From: a virus
Taxonomy: Duplodnaviria > Heunggongvirae > Uroviricota > Caudoviricetes
DNA length: 21,689 nucleotides
Reading direction: 5' to 3' (one strand)
Virus record (IMG/VR): IMGVR_UViG_2541047926_000011
Shown: positions 7,383 to 15,913 of the stretch, piece by piece
How positions within the stretch are numbered: position 1 is the stretch's first letter
Layout: each line of letters begins with the position of its first letter
Notes under the pieces: generated by a model
Database searches by the model: none
Told to the model about the DNA's origin: nothing
Seen by the model: the letters and a program-made list of their open reading frames with translations, nothing else
Program-made: the position numbers and the translations under genes

Positions 7383-8495
7383 TTATCTTCTCAAACGCTT
7401 CTGTCGTTTAGCTTCTAACTGAGCAGAAAATTTTCTTCCCGCTTTGAACTGTTCAGATGAAAGAGGTTTACTGTTAAGTTGATATGTACGTGCCCTTACA
7501 ATCAACTGAGACATGGAAGGAGATATCACGAAATCATTGAGATGTTTTTTTAGTCGTTCTAGAGCTTTTTTTCCTTCATCAGTAATCAAGTCTCTTTGCA
7601 GCATCCACAAAAAAACATCTACAGCTTGCAGCGCTGGATGACTTTCTGAACTTCGAAGATCGAATTTACCTAAATCGAATTGAGCCTCCTCAAAAAGAAT
7701 TGGGCCCCCCAAATCGTCCTCTACATGATCGATTTTATGAAAAATGCGGTGATATTCTCTCATCGTCCCGCGAAACTCGTCGCTTCTGTCATGGATCAAT
7801 TCTTTTACGGAAGAGGAATGCTTTTTACAGAAAGAATGTGTAGCCCCCATCAGACTAGAAAAAGCAACCATATTAGGCGTTTGGCCTTTGTAGGCGCTTT
7901 TCCCATGGGTACAAATTAAGGTGAATTCGTCAGGGTGGCTGATCGCGTAAGTTAAACCATCAGTCATAACTTCTTTCATTCGCGGATCTAGTATGCGGTC
8001 AATTCTTGAAAGTGCAATTTCCGCAACTTGAAGCATTTTTGGCATGTCGTCGCTCAGGAAACCATCCCAAAAAGCCTTGTTATCTTCATCGGACAAGATA
8101 TCTGCCATACCTAAGCACATAGCATGTCTAAATAATTCGGTGTTGTACCACAAGACCGGGACGCCAGGATTATCAGCACTATCAAAAAACAGATCAACAA
8201 ACTTGGTTGGTGCGAGATAAGGTTTGTGAATAACGCAGAGTGAAAATTCCCAAGAGGTATTTTTAAGTGCATCAAGAAGATCTGAGCAAATTACTGAAAC
8301 AACATGCTCTTGGTGTTCATTTGAGTGAAGACGCGGAACGCCTAAAGCCTTGCAGTGCCGCTGGACAACTTCGTTAATGATAGGATCAACGTCACCATGA
8401 GAGATTATCGCCCCCTGAAAGTATGTCGGTGATCTCTCGTCAAAAATATTGCGACCTGAATGTCCAGATTCATCAGCATAAACATAAACGTCCAT
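7383..8495 (-). CDS. Hypothetical 370-aa protein of unknown function; cargo at the A-cos variable locus; N-terminal YADESG motif (possibly DUF3800-like)
   Basis: Single uninterrupted ORF with AAGGAA Shine-Dalgarno before the ATG; visibly lower G+C than its flanks; convergent with A; basic C-terminal tail (KRQKRLRR). Confidence 0.75.
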   Translation of the reverse strand: MDVYVYADESGHSGRNIFDERSPTYFQGAIISHGDVDPIINEVVQRHCKALGVPRLHSNEHQEHVVSVICSDLLDALKNTSWEFSLCVIHKPYLAPTKFVDLFFDSADNPGVPVLWYNTELFRHAMCLGMADILSDEDNKAFWDGFLSDDMPKMLQVAEIALSRIDRILDPRMKEVMTDGLTYAISHPDEFTLICTHGKSAYKGQTPNMVAFSSLMGATHSFCKKHSSSVKELIHDRSDEFRGTMREYHRIFHKIDHVEDDLGGPILFEEAQFDLGKFDLRSSESHPALQAVDVFLWMLQRDLITDEGKKALERLKKHLNDFVISPSMSQLIVRARTYQLNSKPLSSEQFKAGRKFSAQLEAKRQKRLRR

Positions 8496-8748
8496 AACGG
8501 TTCCTTCTAAATTGTCATAGTTAGTTGCAATAAATACTATTACGGTTCATGGCGTTATCTATACATGATTGGCTTATTTTCGTCCATTTTGCTTAGAAAA
8601 AAATGAGCTTTAGACGTTCAGAATTCAACGCACAAATTGGAGCAAAATTGCACAAATTTTATGATGGTGATTTTCTCAGGGCAGACCAGGCGGGGTGGGC
8701 CTTCCGGTGGTCTGCACATTTGCACAAAAAAGCGGGGTTTCTGCGTGC

Positions 8749-8767
8749 GGGCGAGGCGGGGGAATGA
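8749..8767. other. Probable cos site (cohesive-end region), GGCGAGGCGGGGGAATGAG
   Basis: Its first 12-13 nt match the P2 cohesive end as I recall it (GGCGAGGCGGGGAAAGCAC); lies between the variable locus and the Q 3' end, as in a P2 prophage. Confidence 0.5.
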
Positions 8768-8870
8768 GCGCGCGCTGAGGGGTGGGATAGGGTCGGTATT
8801 ATCTGCGCCGATTTTCGCGCCGCTGCGCCTCGCTGCTGCGTCGTTTTCGGTTCGCCGTGGTGGGTTGAGG

Positions 8871-8908
8871 AAAAAGAAAAGCCCCTGCCAGCAGGCTGCT
8901 GAGGGGCT
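8871..8908 (-). terminator. Rho-independent terminator downstream of Q (minus strand)
   Basis: GC-rich hairpin AGCCCCT...AGGGGCT with an internal CAGCAG/CTGCTG stem extension, followed on the minus strand by TTTCTTTTT. Confidence 0.45.
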
Positions 8909-8978
8909 TACGTGCGGTGTGGTCAGTTATGGCCGTGTAGGCCTTTGCGCGGTGGTGGTGGGTGTGTCCGGGCTGGCG

Positions 8979-10028
8979 TCAGATTGCTGCCTGCAACAGT
9001 GCGTAAGGGTTGAAGCGCACCACGTCGATCCCCAGCCAGTCGTTTAACTCTTTCAGGCTTTCTTGTATCGGGGCCAGTTCGTTGATGGAAAACACCTTCG
9101 CCGCTTTCTCTACGTCGCCGAAGCCACCGGAGTTATTCGGCATTACCCCCATCAGAACGGGCGGCACGCGGTGCGCGGCTAACAGGTCGTCGCGGGTGGC
9201 GTCTTTGATGCCGGTAAACTCATCCTTCGCCGCCACCTGGCTGAACGGCATAATTTGCAGGCCGTCTTTTTTCCCGCCCGCCGCGTAGACAAACAGGTTT
9301 TTAAAAGCACCGTTGCCGCGTGCATCTTTCAGCGACTTCTTAAGCTTTTCCACATCGTTATTATTCGCCACCGGGTCAGTGAGGTAGACGATCACACCCG
9401 CATGACTGCCGTTAATGTAGTAGTTGCGGCGGAACACCGTTGCTTCACCGTTCAGCATGGCGCTTTGTAGCGCGGCCAGATATTCCGGCGCACCGTAGAT
9501 CTCCTGGTGCGGGCTGGGGTTCTTGATCTGGCAGACGCTGCCCGGTTCGAACGCGTGATCGTCAACGTAGCGCGGAACAAACCAGAATTGCGCCGGGTCT
9601 ATGCCGCGCCGCGTATATTTTGCCTGGCTGTGCCGCAGCTCGATCGGCTGGCCGAGTCGGTTGCGGCGGCATTCCATGTAACAGTTACCGAAAATTAAAT
9701 AATCCTGCACCCAGGCGGTGAACTCCTGCCGGGTCAACAGCGGGTGCGGTATGTAGCAACTGGCGATAACATTGCGTTTAAATATCAGCGGTGACTGGTG
9801 ATAGGCGGCAACGTCGAACATGCGCGCCAGCCCGTAGGGGCTGATCGGTGGTTCATACCAGCGGCCATTGTTATGGCATTCGAGGCACTCCATAAGAGAC
9901 GCGCGATCGTTGACTGCGATCGGGTCGCCAAAGCTGAAAGATTCCACGCTTTCCAGCGGGGTGGCTGCGTTGCTGGCCGTGCTGGCTGGCGCAGCAGTTG
10001 GCGCCCTGAATTTTTTTTTGCCGCTCAA
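8979..10028 (-). CDS. Q: Portal (capsid portal vertex) protein, P2 gpQ-like
   Basis: 349 aa (P2 Q about 344); N-terminus MSGKKKFRAPT; abuts the large terminase gene on the same strand. Confidence 0.9.
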   Translation of the reverse strand: MSGKKKFRAPTAAPASTASNAATPLESVESFSFGDPIAVNDRASLMECLECHNNGRWYEPPISPYGLARMFDVAAYHQSPLIFKRNVIASCYIPHPLLTRQEFTAWVQDYLIFGNCYMECRRNRLGQPIELRHSQAKYTRRGIDPAQFWFVPRYVDDHAFEPGSVCQIKNPSPHQEIYGAPEYLAALQSAMLNGEATVFRRNYYINGSHAGVIVYLTDPVANNNDVEKLKKSLKDARGNGAFKNLFVYAAGGKKDGLQIMPFSQVAAKDEFTGIKDATRDDLLAAHRVPPVLMGVMPNNSGGFGDVEKAAKVFSINELAPIQESLKELNDWLGIDVVRFNPYALLQAAI

Positions 10029-11741
10029 TTAAAACTCCTCCACAAAACTGCCGTTATCGCCGGTCACTTCCGCGCCGATCGGTTCGTTGTAAATGCCCTG
10101 CATAGTTGCCCATGCCAGATCGCCGTGATTGCTGCCACGGGCCCGATCGGACTGGTAGGTAATAACGCCGCCTGCGGTGACTTTACGCACGGTCATAAAC
10201 GACTGTGCGAGATCCATCATTCCGGCGTCGAACTCAAAGCGCCCGGCACGAATGACCATCAACATTTTGAGCACCATCGACCGCTTAAGAACCGGTGAAT
10301 AGTTGTATTTAACCGCCTGCGGGAAGAACTTGATCACCAGTTGATAAACCGCATCGCCGATCCCTGTGCCGTCGATAGCAATGTGCTGCACGTTGTAGCG
10401 GGTGGTGATCTCTTTAATAAATTTGGCCTGCTCTTCGTACTCCATGCCGCGTAACTGGTGGCGTTCTACCGCGCGGAACTTGCCACCCGGCACGGCTGGC
10501 GGGGCCAGCACAACCAGCCCGGCGCTGTCGCCTTTGCCGCTGCTGCCGTTGGGGTCATAGCTAACCCAGACAGGGCGATTACCCAGCGGGCGAGGTGCAA
10601 ACGGGTTCCAGTCCGGCCACGCGTCCGGCATGTAGCCATCAACGCCGCAGCCCAAAATTGTGTTGTAGTCGAAGGCGCGTTCCCCTGCTTTAACGAAGGT
10701 ACATCCGTACAGGTTGGCGTATTCGTCAAGGGAGTTTTCGCTACGGATTTCATCAATATCAACCAGATCGAAACCGAGCTTCATGGCGTCTTCCAGCGTG
10801 ACTATCTGGCGCCAGATGTTATCCCCGCATAGCTTGCCGTTTTTCAGTGCCTTATAACTGGTGTCGATATCCACCCGATCGGATCGGCGGCGGCTTTCAT
10901 TGAACTGATCGCCAGTCCAGAAGGGATAGGCTTCATGTTCTTCACTGGAAGGCGTCGAAAAGTAGGTGCGGCGCAGTCCTTTTTGTGTCGCCATGCCTGC
11001 GGCCACCGAGCGCAGTTTGATGAAATTACTGATCCAGAAGGCTTCATCAAGGTACAGATCGCCGGTGTAGCTCTGGGCCGTCGCGGCGGAGGTGCCGAGA
11101 AAATACAGGATCGCACCGTTGCTTAACTCAATGGCATCACCGCCCTTAAGTTCTACTCCTATTTCCCTTGCCAGCTTCTGAATGAACCGCTTGAACTGGA
11201 ACGCCTGGGCGCGGCTGGCTGACAGGAATATCTGATTATTTCCGGTTTCCAGCGCACGCAACAGCGCTTCGCGGGCAAAGTACCAGGTGGCACCAATCTG
11301 GCGCGATTTGAGGATAAAGCGGTTACGCCGGTTCCACTGTTTGAACCAGCGTTTTTGATGCTCGTATAGCGAATCAAAGATCAGGGCGCGAAGCTGAGTT
11401 ATCTGTTCTTCGGTGAAATGGTTTTTCGGGGTCTTCGCCTTCTTCTCTTTCTCCTGGTCGCGTCGCTCATGCCGTTCAAAGCGGTCAAGCTGGCGCGCCA
11501 GCAGGTCAATTTCTTTAAAGTCCTTCGGGGTTTTGTCGTCCTTTTCCACCAGGCGCAGGTAACGAACGTGCGTGCGATCCTGCACCCGCTGCATGGGGGT
11601 AGCTTTATCCCATTCATAGCGGCGGCGCCAACTGTAGATCGTGTTAATGCTCACCCCGATTTCCTTAGAAATCTGAGTGATGCTAAACGCCTGCCAGTAG
11701 AGGCTTTTGGCTTTTGTGCTGAGGTCTTCGGCTGTATTCAT
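10029..11741 (-). CDS. P: Terminase large (ATPase) subunit, P2 gpP-like
   Basis: 570 aa; N-terminal HTH-like region, central nucleotide-binding region and C-terminal nuclease-like region; divergent from O as in P2. Confidence 0.9.
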   Translation of the reverse strand: MNTAEDLSTKAKSLYWQAFSITQISKEIGVSINTIYSWRRRYEWDKATPMQRVQDRTHVRYLRLVEKDDKTPKDFKEIDLLARQLDRFERHERRDQEKEKKAKTPKNHFTEEQITQLRALIFDSLYEHQKRWFKQWNRRNRFILKSRQIGATWYFAREALLRALETGNNQIFLSASRAQAFQFKRFIQKLAREIGVELKGGDAIELSNGAILYFLGTSAATAQSYTGDLYLDEAFWISNFIKLRSVAAGMATQKGLRRTYFSTPSSEEHEAYPFWTGDQFNESRRRSDRVDIDTSYKALKNGKLCGDNIWRQIVTLEDAMKLGFDLVDIDEIRSENSLDEYANLYGCTFVKAGERAFDYNTILGCGVDGYMPDAWPDWNPFAPRPLGNRPVWVSYDPNGSSGKGDSAGLVVLAPPAVPGGKFRAVERHQLRGMEYEEQAKFIKEITTRYNVQHIAIDGTGIGDAVYQLVIKFFPQAVKYNYSPVLKRSMVLKMLMVIRAGRFEFDAGMMDLAQSFMTVRKVTAGGVITYQSDRARGSNHGDLAWATMQGIYNEPIGAEVTGDNGSFVEEF

Positions 11742-11787
11742 GGCAACAGGCTATCGCGCTCGCGCGCGCAACAATATCGCCGCTGGT

Positions 11788-11805
11788 TGTCGCCTGAGTC
11801 CGACA
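11788..11805. promoter_or_regulatory. TGT-N12-ACA dyad in the P/O divergent late-promoter region; candidate Ogr-type activator site
   Basis: TGTCGCCTGAGTCCGACA read from the sequence; P2 late promoters carry a TGT-N12-ACA element upstream of the -35 region. Confidence 0.45.
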
Positions 11806-11894
11806 AAGTGAAGGCTTTGCGCCTTCCGGCCGCAAAGGGAATGATTGGGGCACTGGTTAATATCAATCGCTTACCAACCCGGAGCTTTGTCACC

Positions 11895-12740
11895 ATGCCA
11901 ATGACAAATTTTTTCCGCGCCGCAGTAGAGGGCGCAACCTGTGACGGTCGAGTACTGGAACGTCAGCACATCACCGAAATGGCCGAACAGTACGATCCCC
12001 AGGTATATGGCGCCCGCGTCAATCTGGAGCACATTTTAGGCTGGTCGCCGACAAGCGATTTCCGCGCGTATGGTGACGTGGTTGAAGCCAAAGCAGAAGA
12101 GATTGCCGAGGGCCCGCTAAAGGGCAAACTGGCGCTTCTGGTGAAGGTGGACGCCACGGACGAACTGGTAGAACTGAAAGGCAAACGCCAGAAAATCTAC
12201 CATAGCATTGAGGTGCATCCGTCCTTTGCCGACACCGGAAAAGCCTACCTTATGGGGCTGGCCTGTACCGATAACCCGGCGAGCCTGGGCACCGAAATGA
12301 TGAAGTTTTGCACCCAGAACGCCAGCGCCAACCCACTGGCTGCGCGTCACTACGCACCTGAATGCTTCTTCACTGAAACCCTGGAATCATCCCTCGAATT
12401 TGCGCAGGAAGAGCCGCCAGCGTCCGACACCGGGAAGAATTTCTTTTCCCGTATCAAGGAAATGCTGACCGGAACCCGCCAGCACTTCGATCGTGAAAAT
12501 GGCGATATCCGCCAGGCGGTTGAACTGGTAGCGGAAAGTCAGGGTGAATTGCTGGACAAGATGGAAAAACTGAGCGCAGGGCAGCTTAAGAACAAGCAGA
12601 CCGCCGAAGCGGTGGATAAGTTGCGCTCTGAGTTCGACGAGATGAAAGCGCAGCTTTCTACCCAGGACGCCAGTAAATACCGCCGCCCGGAAGCGACCGG
12701 CGCAACTGAAAAATCTAACGCCCAGCTTGCTGACTGCTGA
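11895..12740 (+). CDS. O: Capsid scaffolding protein, P2 gpO-like
   Basis: Start set at the MPMTNFFRAAVEGATCDGRV methionine, which resembles the P2 O N-terminus; 281 aa versus P2 284; the ORF-track extension from 11418 overlaps P and is rejected. Confidence 0.85.
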   Translation: MPMTNFFRAAVEGATCDGRVLERQHITEMAEQYDPQVYGARVNLEHILGWSPTSDFRAYGDVVEAKAEEIAEGPLKGKLALLVKVDATDELVELKGKRQKIYHSIEVHPSFADTGKAYLMGLACTDNPASLGTEMMKFCTQNASANPLAARHYAPECFFTETLESSLEFAQEEPPASDTGKNFFSRIKEMLTGTRQHFDRENGDIRQAVELVAESQGELLDKMEKLSAGQLKNKQTAEAVDKLRSEFDEMKAQLSTQDASKYRRPEATGATEKSNAQLADC

Positions 12741-12780
12741 TCGCCGCCAGTAACGAAGGAACAGTACAGGAAATATAACT

Positions 12781-13827
12781 ATGCGTAATTCTACCCGTGA
12801 ATTGTTTGATGCGTATCTTGAGCGACAAGCTGAACTGAATCACATCAATAAGTCCCACGTAACAAAGGCGTTCAGCATTGATCCGAGCGTTGAGCAGACG
12901 CTTGAAGACAAGGTGCAGCAGTCTTCCGAAATGTTGAAGAAGATTAATATCTACGGCGTTAACGATCAGTCCGGTGAAAAAATCGGTCTGGGTGTGAGCG
13001 GCCCGATCTCCAGCACCAACAATTCCACCACCGATCGCCGCCAGCCTGTTTCCGTCACGGCGCTGGATTCAAACAAGTACACCTGTAATAAGGTGAACGC
13101 GGATACTTTCGCCTCTTATGCGCAGCTTGATGCCTGGGCTAAATTCCCCGATTTCCAGCAGCGTCTGAGCAATCAGATCATCCAGCGTATCGCGCTTGAT
13201 CGCATCATGATCGGCTTTAACGGAACCAGCTACGCGGATAAGTCAGACCGCAACGCCAACCCGCTTTTGCAGGATTGTGGCATCGGCTGGCTGCAACAGT
13301 ACCGCGCAAACGCGCCGCAACGTGTAATGAAAGATATCACCGTGACCAGCCGCGACGATTCCAACCAGGTGATCGCTAAAGGTGATTACGGTAACTACGA
13401 CTCGCTGGTTTATGACGCGGTTAACTCACTGATGGACGAGTGGTACAAAGATTCGCCCAATCTGGTGGTGATCACCGGTCGTAACCTGACGGTTAGCCGT
13501 TCGTTCCCGATCATCAACGCTGTCAGCACCAATAACCCGAACTCCGAAGCGCTGGCCGGTCAGTTGATCGCATCGCGTAAGACGATCGGCAACCTGCCTT
13601 CGTTCATCGCGCCTTTCTTCCCTGATGGCAGCATGTTTATCACTTCGTGGGAAAACCTGTCGATTTACTGGCAGGAAGGTGCGCACCGTCGCCGCATTGT
13701 GGAAGAGCCGGAATATAACCGCGTCTCTACTTACAGTTCGTCAAATGATGCCTATGTTGTTGAAGATTACGGCTTCGGCTGTCTGATCGAAGGCATTACC
13801 GCCGCCGAACCAGCACCGGCACCATAA
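12781..13827 (+). CDS. N: Major capsid protein, P2 gpN-like
   Basis: 348 aa (P2 N 357); follows O; AGGAAA Shine-Dalgarno. Confidence 0.9.
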   Translation: MRNSTRELFDAYLERQAELNHINKSHVTKAFSIDPSVEQTLEDKVQQSSEMLKKINIYGVNDQSGEKIGLGVSGPISSTNNSTTDRRQPVSVTALDSNKYTCNKVNADTFASYAQLDAWAKFPDFQQRLSNQIIQRIALDRIMIGFNGTSYADKSDRNANPLLQDCGIGWLQQYRANAPQRVMKDITVTSRDDSNQVIAKGDYGNYDSLVYDAVNSLMDEWYKDSPNLVVITGRNLTVSRSFPIINAVSTNNPNSEALAGQLIASRKTIGNLPSFIAPFFPDGSMFITSWENLSIYWQEGAHRRRIVEEPEYNRVSTYSSSNDAYVVEDYGFGCLIEGITAAEPAPAP

Positions 13828-13869
13828 ATCAGCGCAGGCCAGCTAACTGCTGGCCGCTTTGGGGGCATC

Positions 13870-14718
13870 ATGTTGACACCTGCTCAACAACATTTTAACC
13901 GCGTGATGGCTGAACGCCGCCACGCCAGCCGTGAGCCGTCGCAGCTTGAAATGACGGCCTACGAAACCATGCTTCACCGCCTGCGACTGGATAAAGCCCG
14001 TTTAAGCCGTGTCCAGTCCCAGAAGGCTAAAGCGGATTTAAAACGCGAACTGCTGCCGGACTACCAGCCGTGGATCGAAGGCGTACTTACGGCAGATTCC
14101 GGCCAGTCTGACGACGTGTTAACCACCGTCATGATCTGGTGCTGTGACTGCGGAAACATCGCTGAAGCCCTGCGCATTGGTCAGTATGTCTTGCGCCATA
14201 AGTTGCCGATGCCGGATCAGTATCGCCGCACCACTGCCACCGTACTGGTGGAAGAAATTTGCGATCCCGTCCTGGCTGCATTCAAAGCTAACCCGGCTGT
14301 TGCGCCGGTCGCCGCTGACCTGCTGGAAGCGTTACGGGGCTTAACCCTGAACGAAGATATGCCGGATGAGGTGCGCTCAAAGCTGCTTAAGGCGCTGGGG
14401 TATACGCTGCGCCTGACTGACAACGTTGAATCGCTTACCGCTGCGGTTGAATACCTGCGCCAGGCGGCAGTGTTGAACCCGAAAAAAGCAGGCGTAACCC
14501 GTGATATTGAGCTTCTGCAACGTGCGCTTAAGAAGTCCGGGCAACCTGCTGACGGTGAGGGCGCAGACGGCAAGCCAGAAGCAAACAACACCGAAACCCA
14601 GACGGCAACGCCGCCAGCCCAGCCAAAAGCGAAGCGGGAAACCAAAAAGCCCGCCGCTAAAAGCAAGCAGGCAGCGAAGAAAAGAACCACGACAGCCCGC
14701 CAGAAGGCGGCGTCATAA
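13870..14718 (+). CDS. M: Terminase small / endonuclease subunit, P2 gpM-like
   Basis: N-terminus MLTPAQQHFNRV resembles P2 M; basic Lys/Arg-rich C-terminal tail. Confidence 0.85.
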   Translation: MLTPAQQHFNRVMAERRHASREPSQLEMTAYETMLHRLRLDKARLSRVQSQKAKADLKRELLPDYQPWIEGVLTADSGQSDDVLTTVMIWCCDCGNIAEALRIGQYVLRHKLPMPDQYRRTTATVLVEEICDPVLAAFKANPAVAPVAADLLEALRGLTLNEDMPDEVRSKLLKALGYTLRLTDNVESLTAAVEYLRQAAVLNPKKAGVTRDIELLQRALKKSGQPADGEGADGKPEANNTETQTATPPAQPKAKRETKKPAAKSKQAAKKRTTTARQKAAS

Positions 14719-14820
14719 CCGAACGTGCCCCCGCGCACCCAGGCGGCACGGCAGGCGAAAACAGGCAACGCCGCGTCTTCGTCCTGCCGTCCACCGCCTG
14801 ACTTATACGGAGTAGAGATC

Positions 14821-15309
14821 ATGAGTCTGGTAGCCACTGAGCCAGTACGGCCACCATCCGATCCAGTGCCTGATGATGGCGGCGCGAAGGTTGAAAGCCT
14901 GCCATTCTGGCCGGTCATTTCGCTGGCTGAACTACGCCGCGCGATGCGTCTTGATGGGCAGGTGACAACCGATCGCCTGATGTCGCGAACGGTGGAAGCG
15001 GTGGCCCATGTTAATGATCAGCTTTTCCTGTGGCGCCAGGTGCAGATTGATGCGGGCTATGAGTCATTGGCAGAAATTCCGGCCAGTCCGGTGAATGGCA
15101 CTTCCGTGAAGGTATGGCGCTATAAAAACGCCGTGTATTCACTCACTAAGGCGCTGTTGATTGAAGGCTACCGCGATATTGACACCACCAGTAAAGGCGA
15201 AGACCACGCGGCGGCATTGAGCACGCAGATCGATACGCTGTGGCGGGATGTGCGCTGGTCAATCCGTGATATCCAGGACGAAAGCCGGGGCCTGGCGGAG
15301 TTGGTGTAA
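14821..15309 (+). CDS. L: Head completion / stabilisation protein, P2 gpL-like
   Basis: Start at ATG 14821 with GGAG 8 nt upstream; 162 aa (P2 L 169); C-terminal ...IDTLWRDVRWSIRDIQ resembles P2 L. Confidence 0.8.
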   Translation: MSLVATEPVRPPSDPVPDDGGAKVESLPFWPVISLAELRRAMRLDGQVTTDRLMSRTVEAVAHVNDQLFLWRQVQIDAGYESLAEIPASPVNGTSVKVWRYKNAVYSLTKALLIEGYRDIDTTSKGEDHAAALSTQIDTLWRDVRWSIRDIQDESRGLAELV

Positions 15310-15509
15310 TGAACGTTCAGGCGCAGCAAAACGACACGATCGACCTGCTTTGCTGGCGCTATTACGGCAGAACAGCAGGCGTTACCGAGGCGGTGATCGA
15401 TGCCAATAAGGGCATTTCCGCCGCCACTGAGTTGCAGGCCGGGCAGATTGTCTACCTGCCAGAGATCCAGCCGCCAGCCCAGCGGGAAACCGTGCAGCTA
15501 TGGGATTAA
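15309..15509 (+). CDS. X: Tail protein X (P2 gpX-like)
   Basis: 66 aa; ...CWRYYGRTAGVTEAVIDAN...LWD resembles P2 X; start overlaps the L stop (TAATG). Confidence 0.8.
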   Translation: MNVQAQQNDTIDLLCWRYYGRTAGVTEAVIDANKGISAATELQAGQIVYLPEIQPPAQRETVQLWD

Positions 15510-15519
15510 GGGGGAGGGT

Positions 15520-15849
15520 ATGCACGACACACCACCGGGATTACTCGAACAAACAATGAAATGGATCGCTACTTATCTGCCGACACTGTTTGCGGCTGGT
15601 GCGGCGCTGAGTATTTCGGCGCTAATGAGCCTTTACGATGGGCAGTCTTTGCTTAAAACCGCCACCGGATCGCTGGTATGTGGGATTGTCACGCTTGCTG
15701 TGGCCGGTTCGCTGGAATATCTGGGGCTTCCGTCCAACGCAGTAACGTTCGTGGGCGCCTCAATCGGATTTATGGGAGCGGATAAAGTCCGCAACAAAGT
15801 TACTGGGTTTATCGAAAACCGTATCGGCGGAATGAAGGGCGGGGAATAA
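15520..15849 (+). CDS. Y: Holin (P2 gpY position)
   Basis: Small protein with hydrophobic segments; two closely spaced methionines (MHDT... and MKWIATYL), a common holin dual-start arrangement; strong GGGGGAGGG Shine-Dalgarno. Confidence 0.7.
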   Translation: MHDTPPGLLEQTMKWIATYLPTLFAAGAALSISALMSLYDGQSLLKTATGSLVCGIVTLAVAGSLEYLGLPSNAVTFVGASIGFMGADKVRNKVTGFIENRIGGMKGGE

Positions 15850-15913
15850 ATCCCATCACCTGAAATGATTTGCTGGTTGGCGGTTTTATTCACTGTCAAA
15901 GAGGAATGCAGCC

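Noticed and set aside
8637-9047. 136-aa plus-strand ORF spanning the cos region and overlapping the Q 3' end
   Set aside because: It lies in a GC-rich non-coding stretch containing cos and the Q terminator hairpin, has an Arg/Gly-rich low-complexity translation typical of GC-rich noise, and overlaps the well-supported Q gene.
11418-11894. N-terminal extension of the O reading frame (ORF track start at 11418)
   Set aside because: It overlaps the 5' end of P on the opposite strand; the P2-like O N-terminus (MPMTNFFRAAVEG...) begins at 11895, giving a protein of the expected length.
14719-14820. Imperfect hairpin (ACGGCAGG...CCTGCCGT) in the M-L intergenic gap
   Set aside because: Long 27-nt loop and no following U-tract, so not a convincing terminator; M and L are expected to be co-transcribed in the late operon.
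14217-14918. 233-aa minus-strand ORF antisense to M and L
   Set aside because: Shadow ORF inside well-supported structural genes; Ser/Ala/Arg-rich low-complexity translation; no room for an independent gene.
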